From: Verrucomicrobiota bacterium
GTDB taxonomy: Bacteria; Verrucomicrobiota; Verrucomicrobiia; Opitutales; Cerasicoccaceae
NCBI GenBank assembly: GCA_039818205.1
Contig: JBCBUK010000014.1
Location: 1 to 64,000, forward strand
DNA: 64,000 nucleotides
Reading direction: 5' to 3'
In this document: positions 18,629 to 29,101 of the stretch, one piece after another
Layout of the letters: each line of letters opens with the position of its first letter
Position numbering within the stretch: position 1 is the stretch's first letter
Position numbers and translations under genes: made by a program
The notes under the pieces: model-generated
The model's input: the letters and a program-made list of their open reading frames with translations, nothing else
Told to the model about the DNA's origin: nothing
The model's database searches: none

Positions 18629-19099
18629 CTAAACGGTGGCGACGTCGCTACTCGCCATTTGCTTGATCAGGCCGCTGACGAATGCCTCGATTTGAGAAAG
18701 CGCTTCATCCGGCGTCGCCAAATCAACGTCATGGACATCCAGATACTCAATGGCCTTTTCCCACCCCGGAAACTGATGCTTAATCATGGGATAGTGCTCG
18801 GCCCGCTTCAGGCCGATGATCATGTCCGCGCCCTCCAGATCTTGCCGAGACAACGGCATTCGGCGTTCTCCCGTATGCCGCAAATCGATATCGCGACTCA
18901 CCAGGGCATCCCGCGTGAACGGTGAAATATGGGTGTTATCAATGATCCAGTTAATGTTCAAACCACGCGAGTACGACCACCAAGGCAGATCATGTTCCTC
19001 TGCCAAATGATTAAACAAACCCTCCGCAAAACGGCTTCGGTAATAGTTTCCCGTGCAGATAAACAGGAGTCGACTGGTCTCATGCTTTACACCACTCAT
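18629..19099 (-). CDS. Low-molecular-weight protein tyrosine phosphatase family
   Basis: FICTGNYYRS P-loop (CX5R), SRG, VHDVD. Confidence 0.85.
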   Translation of the reverse strand: MSGVKHETSRLLFICTGNYYRSRFAEGLFNHLAEEHDLPWWSYSRGLNINWIIDNTHISPFTRDALVSRDIDLRHTGERRMPLSRQDLEGADMIIGLKRAEHYPMIKHQFPGWEKAIEYLDVHDVDLATPDEALSQIEAFVSGLIKQMASSDVATV

Positions 19100-19612
19100 T
19101 GGACCCTCAATCCAAAGGCTTTTGTTAATAAGTTACCAGAGAAAGAATCTGCTTAGCGTATTTTTTACATATGATAAAAACATAGAAGGCCTTCGTCGCT
19201 ATTTAGTTCAGATGGAACCCCCCAGAAATAACGAAGCCAATTGATACTGAAAACGCAGAACAATTTGGCTTACGTATGAGCCGCCCTCCAGAGGAGGGCG
19301 GCTCTACACAGACGACAGTTCCTAACTAAGAGGCCTGCCTGATACTTCGGTTGCTATGCTACGCTACTTTGATTGCCACTCTCCACTAGGGAGCGTGAAA
19401 CTACATTGAGTTCGGGTATATAGACGCAATCCCATCCGCTTCGTTCAAAAAGAATCGCGAATAAATAAGGAATATTGGCCCTATTGTGACCTAACCTCAT
19501 CATTACGAGGAGACTCCAGATCCATAATTTTTGTTTATATACAAGAAGCCTCATTTTGAGATGACGCCAATCACGGTAGACGAGTAACCGAGTAACAGGC
19601 CACTACTGGCAT

Positions 19613-19729
19613 CTGTAACACCGATGAAACGTCCCAAGCCTAGATCTCGTATGATTCTGATAAAAAACAACTTAAGCTCAATGAAAGCCCACCAAAAACG
19701 AAGTCACCAAACGGAAACCAGAGCTAAAG
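19613..19729 (+). promoter_or_regulatory. Putative Pho-box-like 11-bp direct repeats upstream of pstS
   Basis: ctGTAACaccg-atGAAAC and aaGTCACcaaa-cgGAAACcaga at 11-bp spacing. Confidence 0.45.
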
Positions 19730-19822
19730 TATAATCCTTATCTCGGCTGTTACCCAATTATCACAAAGGATTGGGGGGATAAGCCTTGCCCCGACGACTA
19801 TTTCCAGAAGAACTCTGGGTCC

Positions 19823-20791
19823 ATGAACCCTTTCCTTCGTTACTTTGCGGCTGGCCTCTTGGCCGTAGCGACGCCGCTCGTTAGCAATGCCAGTGACCTG
19901 CTGGACCCAAAACTTCCGGTCTACAAGAAAGTTGCTGGCGTAGCAGGAAACTTGAACTCCGTTGGGTCCGACACGCTCAACAACATGATGGCGCTTTGGG
20001 CTGAAGAGTTTCAGTCCATTTACCCCAATGTTAAGATCCAGGTTGAGGGCAAGGGGTCTTCGACCGCGCCGCCTTCACTGATCGAGGGCGCTTCTCAACT
20101 CGGCCCAATGAGCCGCATGATGAAGCCCAAGGAAATTGATAAGTTCGAACAAAAGTTTGGCTACAAACCAATGCCAGTTCCTGTTGCCGTGGATGCGCTT
20201 GCCGTATTCATCAACAAAGACAACCCGCTGGACGGTCTCACCATGCAAGAGTTGGACTCCATATTCTCCAGCACCTACAAACGCGGTGGCAACCCGATTG
20301 ACACCTGGGGCGAGCTCGCACTCGTAGGGGATTGGAAGAACCGTCCGATCAGCCTCTACGGCCGCAATAGCGCCTCCGGCACCTACGGTTTTTTCAAAAA
20401 GGTCGCTCTCGGCGGCGGTGACTTCCTTTCGACCGTAAAGGAACAGCCTGGTTCATCGGCGGTTGTCCAAGGGGTTGCCAGCGACCTCTACGGCATTGGA
20501 TACTCGGGAATCGGCTACAAGACCTCTGGCGTTAAAGCGATCGCCCTGGCTTCTGATGATGGCGCCCTTTACCAGCCAACTTTCGAAAACTGCCTCACCG
20601 GTGATTATCCGCTAGCTCGCCTGCTTTACATCTACGTCAACAAGGCTCCCAACAAGCCACTGGACCCGTTGACCCTTGAGTTCATCAAATTCATTCAATC
20701 CAAGCAGGGGCAAGAAGTCGTCGCTAAAGATGGCTATTATCCGCTGCCAGCAACCGCAGTTGAGTCCTCGATGGACGAGCTCACGAACTAA
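19823..20791 (+). CDS. pstS: Phosphate ABC transporter substrate-binding protein
   Basis: GSDTL, EGKGSSTAPP, GRNSASGTY, YPLARLLY. Confidence 0.95.
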   Translation: MNPFLRYFAAGLLAVATPLVSNASDLLDPKLPVYKKVAGVAGNLNSVGSDTLNNMMALWAEEFQSIYPNVKIQVEGKGSSTAPPSLIEGASQLGPMSRMMKPKEIDKFEQKFGYKPMPVPVAVDALAVFINKDNPLDGLTMQELDSIFSSTYKRGGNPIDTWGELALVGDWKNRPISLYGRNSASGTYGFFKKVALGGGDFLSTVKEQPGSSAVVQGVASDLYGIGYSGIGYKTSGVKAIALASDDGALYQPTFENCLTGDYPLARLLYIYVNKAPNKPLDPLTLEFIKFIQSKQGQEVVAKDGYYPLPATAVESSMDELTN

Positions 20792-20816
20792 TCGAAACGA
20801 TTGACTTTCGACAACT

Positions 20817-20850
20817 AAGGCGAAGCGGCTCATAAACGCTTCGCCTTTTT
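20817..20850 (+). terminator. Terminator after pstS
   Basis: AAGGCGAAGCG/CGCTTCGCCTT plus T tract. Confidence 0.7.
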
Positions 20851-20883
20851 CATCCAAGTAGACCGCAAACGCTCGAGAGAAAC

Positions 20884-21462
20884 ATGGGATTCGCAATCAC
20901 ATGGTGCGCCGTTCCTCAATCGGTAGCCAACGACTTTTTCGAGAAAACCGGTTTAGTTCCCACGGGATTGACTGAGGAGATTCCAGAATCCGCAGTCTCC
21001 ATCGCTCATTTGGACACTGGCTGGAGCATCCTGTGGGTCAATGACTTCGATTGTTCCTTTCTTAAGGAGGCGCAACGCCAGAAATACTCCGAAAACCATG
21101 ACCTGATTGTTTGCCAAGTGGAGGAGCATGCCATGACCTCCATCGCCGAGCGTTGGTCCAAAGGCGCATGCCAGTGGCGAATTGCTCACGAAGGGATCGA
21201 TGGCCCCTCAGGTCTCGAAACTTCCGGGGCGCTGCCAGTGGACTTCTCGACGATAAAGGTTGAGATGGAAGATGCCCAGAAAACGGCTGGCGGTGACCAG
21301 GCGGACGTAGATTACATCTTTGAGATCCCGCTCCTGGTCGCCAAATCGATCGTCGGATTCAAGCACGACGAAGACTGCGCGCACTTGATAGACAATACTT
21401 TCCAAGTCATGGAAAGACCACACCGCAAAGGCGGCTTCTGGTCTCGCTTACTTGGAAAATAG
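20884..21462 (+). CDS. Hypothetical protein between pstS and pstC
   Basis: 192-aa ORF with amphipathic C-terminus GFWSRLLGK. Confidence 0.75.
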   Translation: MGFAITWCAVPQSVANDFFEKTGLVPTGLTEEIPESAVSIAHLDTGWSILWVNDFDCSFLKEAQRQKYSENHDLIVCQVEEHAMTSIAERWSKGACQWRIAHEGIDGPSGLETSGALPVDFSTIKVEMEDAQKTAGGDQADVDYIFEIPLLVAKSIVGFKHDEDCAHLIDNTFQVMERPHRKGGFWSRLLGK

Positions 21463-21619
21463 TGGTGAGCCACGAAGATCGAGCCGAGCTCCGGATCGAT
21501 CGCTACACCACATTGACGTTTACAGTTTCGCAACAGCCAAGCTTAAGGGTTGTGCCCACCCTGCTCAAAGCTATGAAACATAGGGCTCAAATTAAAAAGA
21601 CTACCGCGAGACTCTATTC

Positions 21620-23962
21620 ATGGACACAGTAACTGATCAGAAAGCTGACCCCAAGCGCTTCGATGTTTCGAAGGGCACGCTGCGGCTCGACAGTTTTATG
21701 ACCCAGTTCATCAAGATCGGTGGCATCGGGATCATTTTTGCGGTTTTCGCAATTTTCATCTTCATCACTTGGCAGGTCCTTCCCTTGTTCCAATCAGCAA
21801 GCGTTAAGGAAGTCTTTATTGCCGATACCAACAAAACAGATTTTGCCATTATTGGAGTGGACGAATGGGGAGAACTTCCCTTCCTCGCCGACTTGCAGGG
21901 CAATTTCACCTTTGTCGATCTGCTGCGTGAGAAAAACGAAAATCCCGAGATTGGACCGCGGGGAATCTTTACCGAGCGCGCACCGGTTCCCGAAGATGTC
22001 ACTTTTTCTGCCGCCCGCTACCACGCAAAAGCCGAGCGCATTGTTTTCGGTACCGACGACGGTCGCTACACACTGGTAAACGTTGAGTACAGCCCAACTT
22101 TTGACGATCTGGGTCAACGCAAGATCAATGCGTCGCTCAGCGCGGACAAACTATTATCACTCGGCGATGGCCTAAAAACCGTCCGCAAGATCGACTTCTA
22201 CGATGCCGACCGCAAACGCCTGGTTGCCGCTCTGGTCGACAGCGAGAATGGCTTAGTCGTAAGCATCGCAACCTTCCAACGAAAGAAAACTCCTTTCGGT
22301 GTTGGCCCTTGGAAAACCGGAGCAACCTACAACGTCACCGAGCAGGTAAAAGGCACGCCAACGAATGTCTTGGTCACGGGCCAGGGCAATGGAGCCATCA
22401 TCTCGACCCGCGAAGGCAGCGTGTATTTCTTCGAGATCAAGAGTAACGAGATCGAGCTCGTGCAGCAGTTTCAACCTTTCGGCGAATTTGAAGATCCTTC
22501 GATTGGGTCGATGGACTGGCTCCTTGGCAACGAGTCGCTGGTCTTCACCTCGGCAAAGGGAGACAATGTCATTTTCAGTCGCTACCTCGCCGAGTCGACC
22601 GAGGAGTTGGAGGCCGCTGGCGCACAGCCAAAGCGCCTATTCGGACAAATCAACGAACTTCCGCCACTGCAAGGTCCTGCTGACCTTTATTCCAACAGCC
22701 TTCGCAACCGGGCATTCTTGCTCGGCTCGGGCCCAGAAGTTTCTCTCCGCTATGGCACGACTGGAGCAGTCCGTTGGCAATCGGAGCTGAGTTTCACGCC
22801 GGTCACTGGAATCATTGGTGGCCGCTATGAATCCCTGTTGCTCGCGGACGACAAAGGGAAGATTCACTTGTTCTCCGTGAACGACCCTCACCCGGAAGCA
22901 AGCCTCAACGCGTTTTTTGGCAAGGTCTGGTACGAAGGCCGAAACAAACCGGAGTGGGAGTATCAATCCTCCGCGGCCGAGGCCGAAACCGAACCCAAGC
23001 TCTCCATGATGCCGCTCATTTTTGGCACATTTAAAGGGACCCTTTATGCCATGATTTTTGCGGTGCCGATCGCGCTGCTCGCGGCCCTCTACACCTCTCA
23101 GTTTCTAAAGCCAGAATACAAGAAGATCGTCAAACCGACGATGGAGATCATGGCATCGCTCCCCTCGGTCGTCTTGGGCTTCCTCGGAGCACTCTGGCTT
23201 GCCCCGCGCATTGAAGACAAGGTGCCGTCCATTTTCGCAATTTTAGTTTTGGTGCCGATCACGGCGATGCTCGTTGGCTACTCCTGGGGAAAACTTCCGC
23301 AACGAGTTCGCATGTATCTTAAACCGGGTCAGGAGTTCATTATCTTTCTCCCGGTGTTGATCATTATTTCTCTCGTCGGCTGGTATCTGGGTCCCTGGCT
23401 GGAAAGCTGGGCGTTTGTTTACGAGGATCCAAGCACCGGCCAAAAGGTTGCGGACTTCCGCATGTGGTGGCCGCAGGCAATGGGTGTTGATTTTGATCAA
23501 CGCAACTCGCTGATCGTCGGGCTCATGATGGGCTTCGCCGTTATTCCAATCATCTTCACGATCGCGGAAGACGCCATGACCAACGTTCCGCAATTCCTGA
23601 CATCAGCGTCCTTGGCCCTCGGTGCGAGTCGCTGGCAAACAGCACGCCGCGTGGTTCTACCAACGGCATCACCCGGGATATTTTCGGCTATGATGATCGG
23701 ATTTGGGCGCGCAGTCGGAGAGACGATGATCGTGGTCATGTGTACGGGAAACACTCCCATCATGGAATGGAATATCTTCAACGGCATGCGGACGCTTTCG
23801 GCAAATATCGCCGTGGAGCTACCTGAGGCACCGAAGGACTCGACCCACTTTCGCATCCTATTCTTTGGAGCGCTCTTGCTGTTCATCTTTACGTTCCTCG
23901 TCAACACCGTGGCTGAAATCGCCCGGGTTCACTTGCGCAATAAATTTAAAACCGTCGGCTAG
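21620..23962 (+). CDS. pstC: Phosphate ABC permease PstC with large periplasmic domain
   Basis: KPTMEIMASLPSVV, ASLALGASRWQT, GRAVGETM. Confidence 0.93.
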   Translation: MDTVTDQKADPKRFDVSKGTLRLDSFMTQFIKIGGIGIIFAVFAIFIFITWQVLPLFQSASVKEVFIADTNKTDFAIIGVDEWGELPFLADLQGNFTFVDLLREKNENPEIGPRGIFTERAPVPEDVTFSAARYHAKAERIVFGTDDGRYTLVNVEYSPTFDDLGQRKINASLSADKLLSLGDGLKTVRKIDFYDADRKRLVAALVDSENGLVVSIATFQRKKTPFGVGPWKTGATYNVTEQVKGTPTNVLVTGQGNGAIISTREGSVYFFEIKSNEIELVQQFQPFGEFEDPSIGSMDWLLGNESLVFTSAKGDNVIFSRYLAESTEELEAAGAQPKRLFGQINELPPLQGPADLYSNSLRNRAFLLGSGPEVSLRYGTTGAVRWQSELSFTPVTGIIGGRYESLLLADDKGKIHLFSVNDPHPEASLNAFFGKVWYEGRNKPEWEYQSSAAEAETEPKLSMMPLIFGTFKGTLYAMIFAVPIALLAALYTSQFLKPEYKKIVKPTMEIMASLPSVVLGFLGALWLAPRIEDKVPSIFAILVLVPITAMLVGYSWGKLPQRVRMYLKPGQEFIIFLPVLIIISLVGWYLGPWLESWAFVYEDPSTGQKVADFRMWWPQAMGVDFDQRNSLIVGLMMGFAVIPIIFTIAEDAMTNVPQFLTSASLALGASRWQTARRVVLPTASPGIFSAMMIGFGRAVGETMIVVMCTGNTPIMEWNIFNGMRTLSANIAVELPEAPKDSTHFRILFFGALLLFIFTFLVNTVAEIARVHLRNKFKTVG

Positions 23963-25759
23963 ATGAGTGAGAAGCAATCCAGTGGCTTTGACCATAGCAT
24001 GCGACCAGCTGGCGAGATGTATGTCTGGCTGTGCTCAATGGGCTTGGCCGCGGGCATCATTCTGGTCTTGGGTCTTCTCGCGGTCATCGTGGTGAACGGC
24101 TTTGTCGTCTTTTGGCCCCGAGCCGTTTACGAGATCAAACTGAAGCCAGGCCACGAAGTCGCCGGGCAGTCCGTCCTGGCCGCTTCCATTGTCGAAGACA
24201 ACGAGAAGAAGATCCCCGGTGATGACGGCGAACCTGCGAACGAATACAAACTCTTCACGGGCAATAAGGACGTCTACGGCGCTCAGTTTCGCTACGTTGA
24301 TCATAGCGCTATCGAGGATAGAACAAAACCTGAGGAAATATTCGTTGCTGAACGCATCGGCAGTGGAAACGCCATTTTCTATCCGGTCAAATTGACTTTG
24401 GCCGACGGCCAAACCATTTCTGCCGACAGCGTGGAGTTTCTACCGAAACTCGAAGCACTCATCGATGACGCTGCCAAGGTCCGGAAACAGGCAAAGAGCC
24501 TCGATCGTGGCCCCATCGGGCGCTACGCCTATAAGCTAAAGCGGCTTTACCTGGAGAAGGAACTGCTGAAAAAGAAGAATCCGACCGAAGCGAAGGCGCT
24601 TCAATCGATGGATGACCTCTGGGGCGACCTCAACAAGAACAAGGATTCCTTCGACGCCGAACAAACCGCTGAAATCCGGAAACAGTACGAGGAGTATCCC
24701 GGAAAAGGTACCGTATTTGCTGAGCTCGCCAGCATCCACGAGAATGAAAAATCGCTCGATGACGAGTACGCTCCCGTGTTGGCTGAAAGCGCTGCACTAA
24801 AAGATTCTGTCGAGCACGACCTGATCACCTATCGACTCGTTGATGGCACTGAACGTGAGCAACCTATCGGCGCAATCCTGAAGGTCTATCAGCCCAACCA
24901 GTTCAGCGTTTGGGACAAGATCGGATATTTCATCAGCCATTTCTGGATGTTCCTTTCCGAGCAACCCCGCGAAGCCAATACCGAAGGCGGCGTCTTCCCG
25001 GCAATTTTTGGAACCTTCGTGATGACGGTTTTGATGTCCGCCGCCGTGATGCCCTTCGGTGTCCTAGCAGCCATCTACTTACGGGAATACGCTGGCCAAG
25101 GCCCGTTCACTCAATCCGTTCGCATCGCGGTAAACAACCTCGCGGGGGTTCCTTCGATTGTCTACGGTGTGTTTGGCCTCGGCTTCTTTATTTACTTTGT
25201 CGGCTCCAATCTGGACCAATGGCTGTTTTCCGATCGTCTGTTGATCAACGAGCCTACCTTTGGCACCGGCGGTGTCATGTGGGCCTCGTTAACCCTCGCC
25301 CTGATGACCGTTCCTGTGGTCGTGGTTGCAACTGAGGAAGCCCTCGCTGCCGTACCACGTGGCATGCGCGAAGCCTCCCTCGCCTGCGGCGCATCCAAGT
25401 GGCAAACGATCCAGCGGGTGGTTCTCCCAGCGTCGGCTTCGGGAATTTTGACGGGACTCATTTTGGCCATGGCTCGCGGCGCTGGCGAAGTAGCCCCCCT
25501 CATGCTAGTCGGCGTCATCAAATATGCGCCTGATCTTCCGGTCGATGGCACCTTTCCCTTCATCCACCTGGAACGCAAATTCATGCACCTCGGCTTTCAC
25601 ATCTACGACTTGGGTTTCCAATCGCCAGATTCCGAGGCCGCCAAGCCGATGGTTTTTGCGACGACCTTTTTGTTGATTATGCTCGTCGTCATTTTGAACC
25701 TGGCAGCGATTTTGATTCGCGATCACCTCCGAAAGAAATATGCATCCGGAACTTTCTAA
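23963..25759 (+). CDS. pstA: Phosphate ABC permease PstA
   Basis: [37 protein letters not shown]. Confidence 0.94.
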   Translation: MSEKQSSGFDHSMRPAGEMYVWLCSMGLAAGIILVLGLLAVIVVNGFVVFWPRAVYEIKLKPGHEVAGQSVLAASIVEDNEKKIPGDDGEPANEYKLFTGNKDVYGAQFRYVDHSAIEDRTKPEEIFVAERIGSGNAIFYPVKLTLADGQTISADSVEFLPKLEALIDDAAKVRKQAKSLDRGPIGRYAYKLKRLYLEKELLKKKNPTEAKALQSMDDLWGDLNKNKDSFDAEQTAEIRKQYEEYPGKGTVFAELASIHENEKSLDDEYAPVLAESAALKDSVEHDLITYRLVDGTEREQPIGAILKVYQPNQFSVWDKIGYFISHFWMFLSEQPREANTEGGVFPAIFGTFVMTVLMSAAVMPFGVLAAIYLREYAGQGPFTQSVRIAVNNLAGVPSIVYGVFGLGFFIYFVGSNLDQWLFSDRLLINEPTFGTGGVMWASLTLALMTVPVVVVATEEALAAVPRGMREASLACGASKWQTIQRVVLPASASGILTGLILAMARGAGEVAPLMLVGVIKYAPDLPVDGTFPFIHLERKFMHLGFHIYDLGFQSPDSEAAKPMVFATTFLLIMLVVILNLAAILIRDHLRKKYASGTF

Positions 25760-25772
25760 ACCTTCCACTAAT

Positions 25773-26594
25773 ATGGCCGAGACCAACGAGCAACCTGCGA
25801 TCGCTACTTCCCCCAACGGAATCGAAACACCGTCTGCTGATGATCGGTATATTCAGGTGAAGGATTTTTCGTTCTGGTATGGATCTTCCAAAGTCATCCA
25901 CAACCAGACCTTCGAGATGCCTAAGCAAAAGGTGACCGCGTTTATCGGACCATCGGGTTGCGGCAAGTCCACCCTGTTGCGTTGCTTCAACCGCATGAAC
26001 GACCTGATCGATGGCATCCACCACGAGGGTGATGTGACTGTCGGTGGCCAAAGTATTTTCGACCCTGCGCTGGAAGTGATCTCGTTACGCAAACGGGTCG
26101 GGATGGTCTTTCAGAAATACAATCCGTTTCCAAAATCGATCTACGAAAACATCGTCTACAGCCTGCGTGTTGCCGGGCGTAATAAAAAGTCGGAGCTTGA
26201 TGAGGTTGTCGAACGCAGCCTGCGTGGATCGGCACTCTGGGATGAAGTCAAAGACCGCCTACAGGATAGCGCACTTGGGCTATCCGGTGGTCAGATGCAA
26301 CGGCTTTGCATTGCGCGGGCAATTGCGAATCAGCCAGAAATATTGCTAATGGACGAGCCCTGCTCCGCACTAGACCCAGTGGCAACCGGCAAGATCGAAG
26401 ACCTCATTCATGAGCTCAAGAAGCAGTTCACGATCGTCATTGTGACGCACAACATGCAGCAAGCTGCTCGCGTTAGTGATCGCACCGCATTCTTCTATCT
26501 GGGTAAGCTGATTGAATATGATGAAACCCAGCAAATTTTCATGAACCCTAAAAATCCTCAAACCGAGGATTACGTTTCCGGGCGTTTCGGCTAA
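25773..26594 (+). CDS. pstB: Phosphate ABC ATPase
   Basis: [34 protein letters not shown]. Confidence 0.96.
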   Translation: MAETNEQPAIATSPNGIETPSADDRYIQVKDFSFWYGSSKVIHNQTFEMPKQKVTAFIGPSGCGKSTLLRCFNRMNDLIDGIHHEGDVTVGGQSIFDPALEVISLRKRVGMVFQKYNPFPKSIYENIVYSLRVAGRNKKSELDEVVERSLRGSALWDEVKDRLQDSALGLSGGQMQRLCIARAIANQPEILLMDEPCSALDPVATGKIEDLIHELKKQFTIVIVTHNMQQAARVSDRTAFFYLGKLIEYDETQQIFMNPKNPQTEDYVSGRFG

Positions 26595-26749
26595 GCGCAC
26601 TCACCGGACCAAGTTCATTAGGGGCAAACGGCGGGATTGTTTGCCGCTTGATCTAACGGCTTTTCCCCATCCAAATAACGTTGCCGCACAATTCGCGGGT
26701 GCTAATGTCATTTCCTACAATGCCGATGTTTCAAGAACACCCCTAAGTG

Positions 26750-27439
26750 ATGGCCAACAAAAATTTTTACGAAGCCGAGCTCGAGGATCTCCGACGCAAG
26801 TTCGTCCTGATGGGCGAAAAGTCAATTACGATTGTCCGCATGGCACTCCAAGCGCTCGAAGAGACCGACCTCTCGCTGGCCCAACAAGTCTTGGGTATGG
26901 ATGATGAACTCGATGAACTCGAGGTTCAGATTGATGGTGACGCCGTAAAGTATCTCAGCCTAAGAGCTCCGATCGGTGCCGACGTCCGCTTCCTGACAAT
27001 TTGCATGAAAGGTTGTAGCGACCTTGAACGTATTGGCGATGAGTCCTGCTCGATTGCCAAGCGCATCCGCCGACTCGCCCAGCAAGGCCGGTCAGTGGGT
27101 GATCTCGGCCAGATACCCGACATGACCAAGATCGTGCTCGAACAACTAAGGACCGCAGTTAATTGCTTCATCGATGAAAACTACGAGCAGTCACTTAAGC
27201 TGCCGGAGGGCGACCGCATCGTCGATGACATGAACCGAACCAACTATGACTTGTTGATGGCTCGAGCAACGGATGATCCCGAGTATGTGCCGATCGCCAT
27301 CGAGTTGATTTTCGTTTCCAAGAGTCTCGAGCGCATTGGTGACCACGCCGTCAACCTGGCCGAAGAGGTTGCCTACCTAATCAAAGCCGAAGACATTCGG
27401 CACACCGACGTGACTCGCCGGGCACCACCTCAGCAGTAG
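26750..27439 (+). CDS. phoU: Phosphate signalling protein PhoU
   Basis: Two LERIGD repeats. Confidence 0.94.
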   Translation: MANKNFYEAELEDLRRKFVLMGEKSITIVRMALQALEETDLSLAQQVLGMDDELDELEVQIDGDAVKYLSLRAPIGADVRFLTICMKGCSDLERIGDESCSIAKRIRRLAQQGRSVGDLGQIPDMTKIVLEQLRTAVNCFIDENYEQSLKLPEGDRIVDDMNRTNYDLLMARATDDPEYVPIAIELIFVSKSLERIGDHAVNLAEEVAYLIKAEDIRHTDVTRRAPPQQ

Positions 27440-27472
27440 CTACCTGCTAGACAGCAGAACCGACTACCCAGG

Positions 27473-29011
27473 CTAGATCATTCGCTGCCAGACCCGATCA
27501 GAAACTGGCCGGCAAAACCGATAGCCCTTACCACTACTCGGCAGCCATTCGAGAAAAGCATCCCGCTGCTCAGCATCGCCGAACTCCAAACCAATCAAGG
27601 CGCGGCCAATTCGCTCACCGGTATAGCGGTAATTAAAATAACATAAATTTGCCCGATCTCGGATAGTATTAGACAGGAAATCATGCAGTGCTCCATGGCG
27701 CTCGTAAAACTCGAGACTCAAAAACACGGGGCAATTGAGCAGTTCGGCGTGACACGGGATCGCCCGGTATTCGATGTCTTCTCCACCGGAAACATCCTCC
27801 CAGCGATAGCCATCATTTTCCAAACGCTGCCGAACGGCCTGTAGCTGGTCCGCCGGACAATCGATACCAAAAATCGGCCAAGCCTCACTATTGTCGGTCT
27901 TTCCATAAAGGAAATCGTTGATGCTAAGACCAACCAAAACGTTGTCCAACAACCGGAGCATACTGCCGGGAGATTCTGGAATATTGATGCGTAGAAAGTG
28001 CCGCTCAGTGTTGTTCGCACTAACACTCTCGGCCACCAACGCCAGTTTGCTGAAATCCAAATTCGCTCCGCACAAGATCGACAACACGCGCTTGCCCTCC
28101 AGTTGATGCCTCACTTGCAAGGCACCCGCGAGACCCATCGCACCCGAAGGCTCGGGAATCGCCCGCAGGCCATTCCACATCGTGCGAATGGCTTCGGACA
28201 CCTCTTGGTTCGATACCGTTATGATGTCGTCCAAGACTTCCTCACAAATCTGAAACGGCAAATCTCCCGCTTGCCGAACTGCCGTTCCATCGCAAAAAAT
28301 ATCAATCGCATCTAGCCTCACCGGTTTACCCGCTGCCATCGCAGCCCGCATACTCGCTTGGTCAGTTCCCTCAACGCCAATCAGCTTGATGTCCGGCCAA
28401 AATGTTTTCAGCCAACATCCGACGCCCGCGGCCATGCCGCCACCGCCAATCTGGAGAAAAGCAACGTCGAATGGTCCTTTTCCCGACATGACCACCTCAT
28501 CCGCCAAGGTCCCCTGCCCCGCCATCACATGGAGGTCGTCATAAGCGTGGACGAAGGTCGCCCCCGACGCAGCAGATCGCTCATGGGCGGCGGCAACCGC
28601 TTCATCGTAAGCATCACCAGTCAACACGATCTCAACCCATTCGCCACCCAAGCGACGAACCGCATCCTGCTTAACCTGAGGAGTCGTGCCCGGCATGTAG
28701 ATCTCCGCGCGAACACCGAGAATGCCCGCAGCCAGGGCAACCCCTTGGGCATGGTTACCAGCGGAAGCCGTGACAACTCCAGCCTCCCGCTCCTCCTTGG
28801 TCAGGACCGCCATTCGGTTAAACGCCCCGCGCCACTTGTAGGCTTTGATCGGTGAAACATCCTCACGCTTCACCCAAATCTCACCACCAAAGTCATTGAG
28901 CTCGATCCGCTCTAGCGGAGTCGGCGAACCCGCACGATATATCCGTTGGCGAGCAAACAACACCTCTTGGCGAAGTCGGCGAATCAAGGGCAATGATTCA
29001 TCAGAGTGCAT
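27473..29011 (-). CDS. ilvA: Threonine ammonia-lyase with regulatory domains
   Basis: KRED...[30 protein letters not shown]. Confidence 0.9.
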   Translation of the reverse strand: MHSDESLPLIRRLRQEVLFARQRIYRAGSPTPLERIELNDFGGEIWVKREDVSPIKAYKWRGAFNRMAVLTKEEREAGVVTASAGNHAQGVALAAGILGVRAEIYMPGTTPQVKQDAVRRLGGEWVEIVLTGDAYDEAVAAAHERSAASGATFVHAYDDLHVMAGQGTLADEVVMSGKGPFDVAFLQIGGGGMAAGVGCWLKTFWPDIKLIGVEGTDQASMRAAMAAGKPVRLDAIDIFCDGTAVRQAGDLPFQICEEVLDDIITVSNQEVSEAIRTMWNGLRAIPEPSGAMGLAGALQVRHQLEGKRVLSILCGANLDFSKLALVAESVSANNTERHFLRINIPESPGSMLRLLDNVLVGLSINDFLYGKTDNSEAWPIFGIDCPADQLQAVRQRLENDGYRWEDVSGGEDIEYRAIPCHAELLNCPVFLSLEFYERHGALHDFLSNTIRDRANLCYFNYRYTGERIGRALIGLEFGDAEQRDAFLEWLPSSGKGYRFCRPVSDRVWQRMI

Positions 29012-29101
29012 TGGGATAATCTGGATGATGCCCGTTGACAGCGCAAGCGCACGGTTACGTCACCATGCGCTTGCAAACGGGAGCAAATTGATAGCGGAAG
29101 C

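Noticed and set aside
21620..25759. Unusually long PstC/PstA as a novelty
   Set aside because: Long PstC/PstA with extra periplasmic domains is a known subtype.
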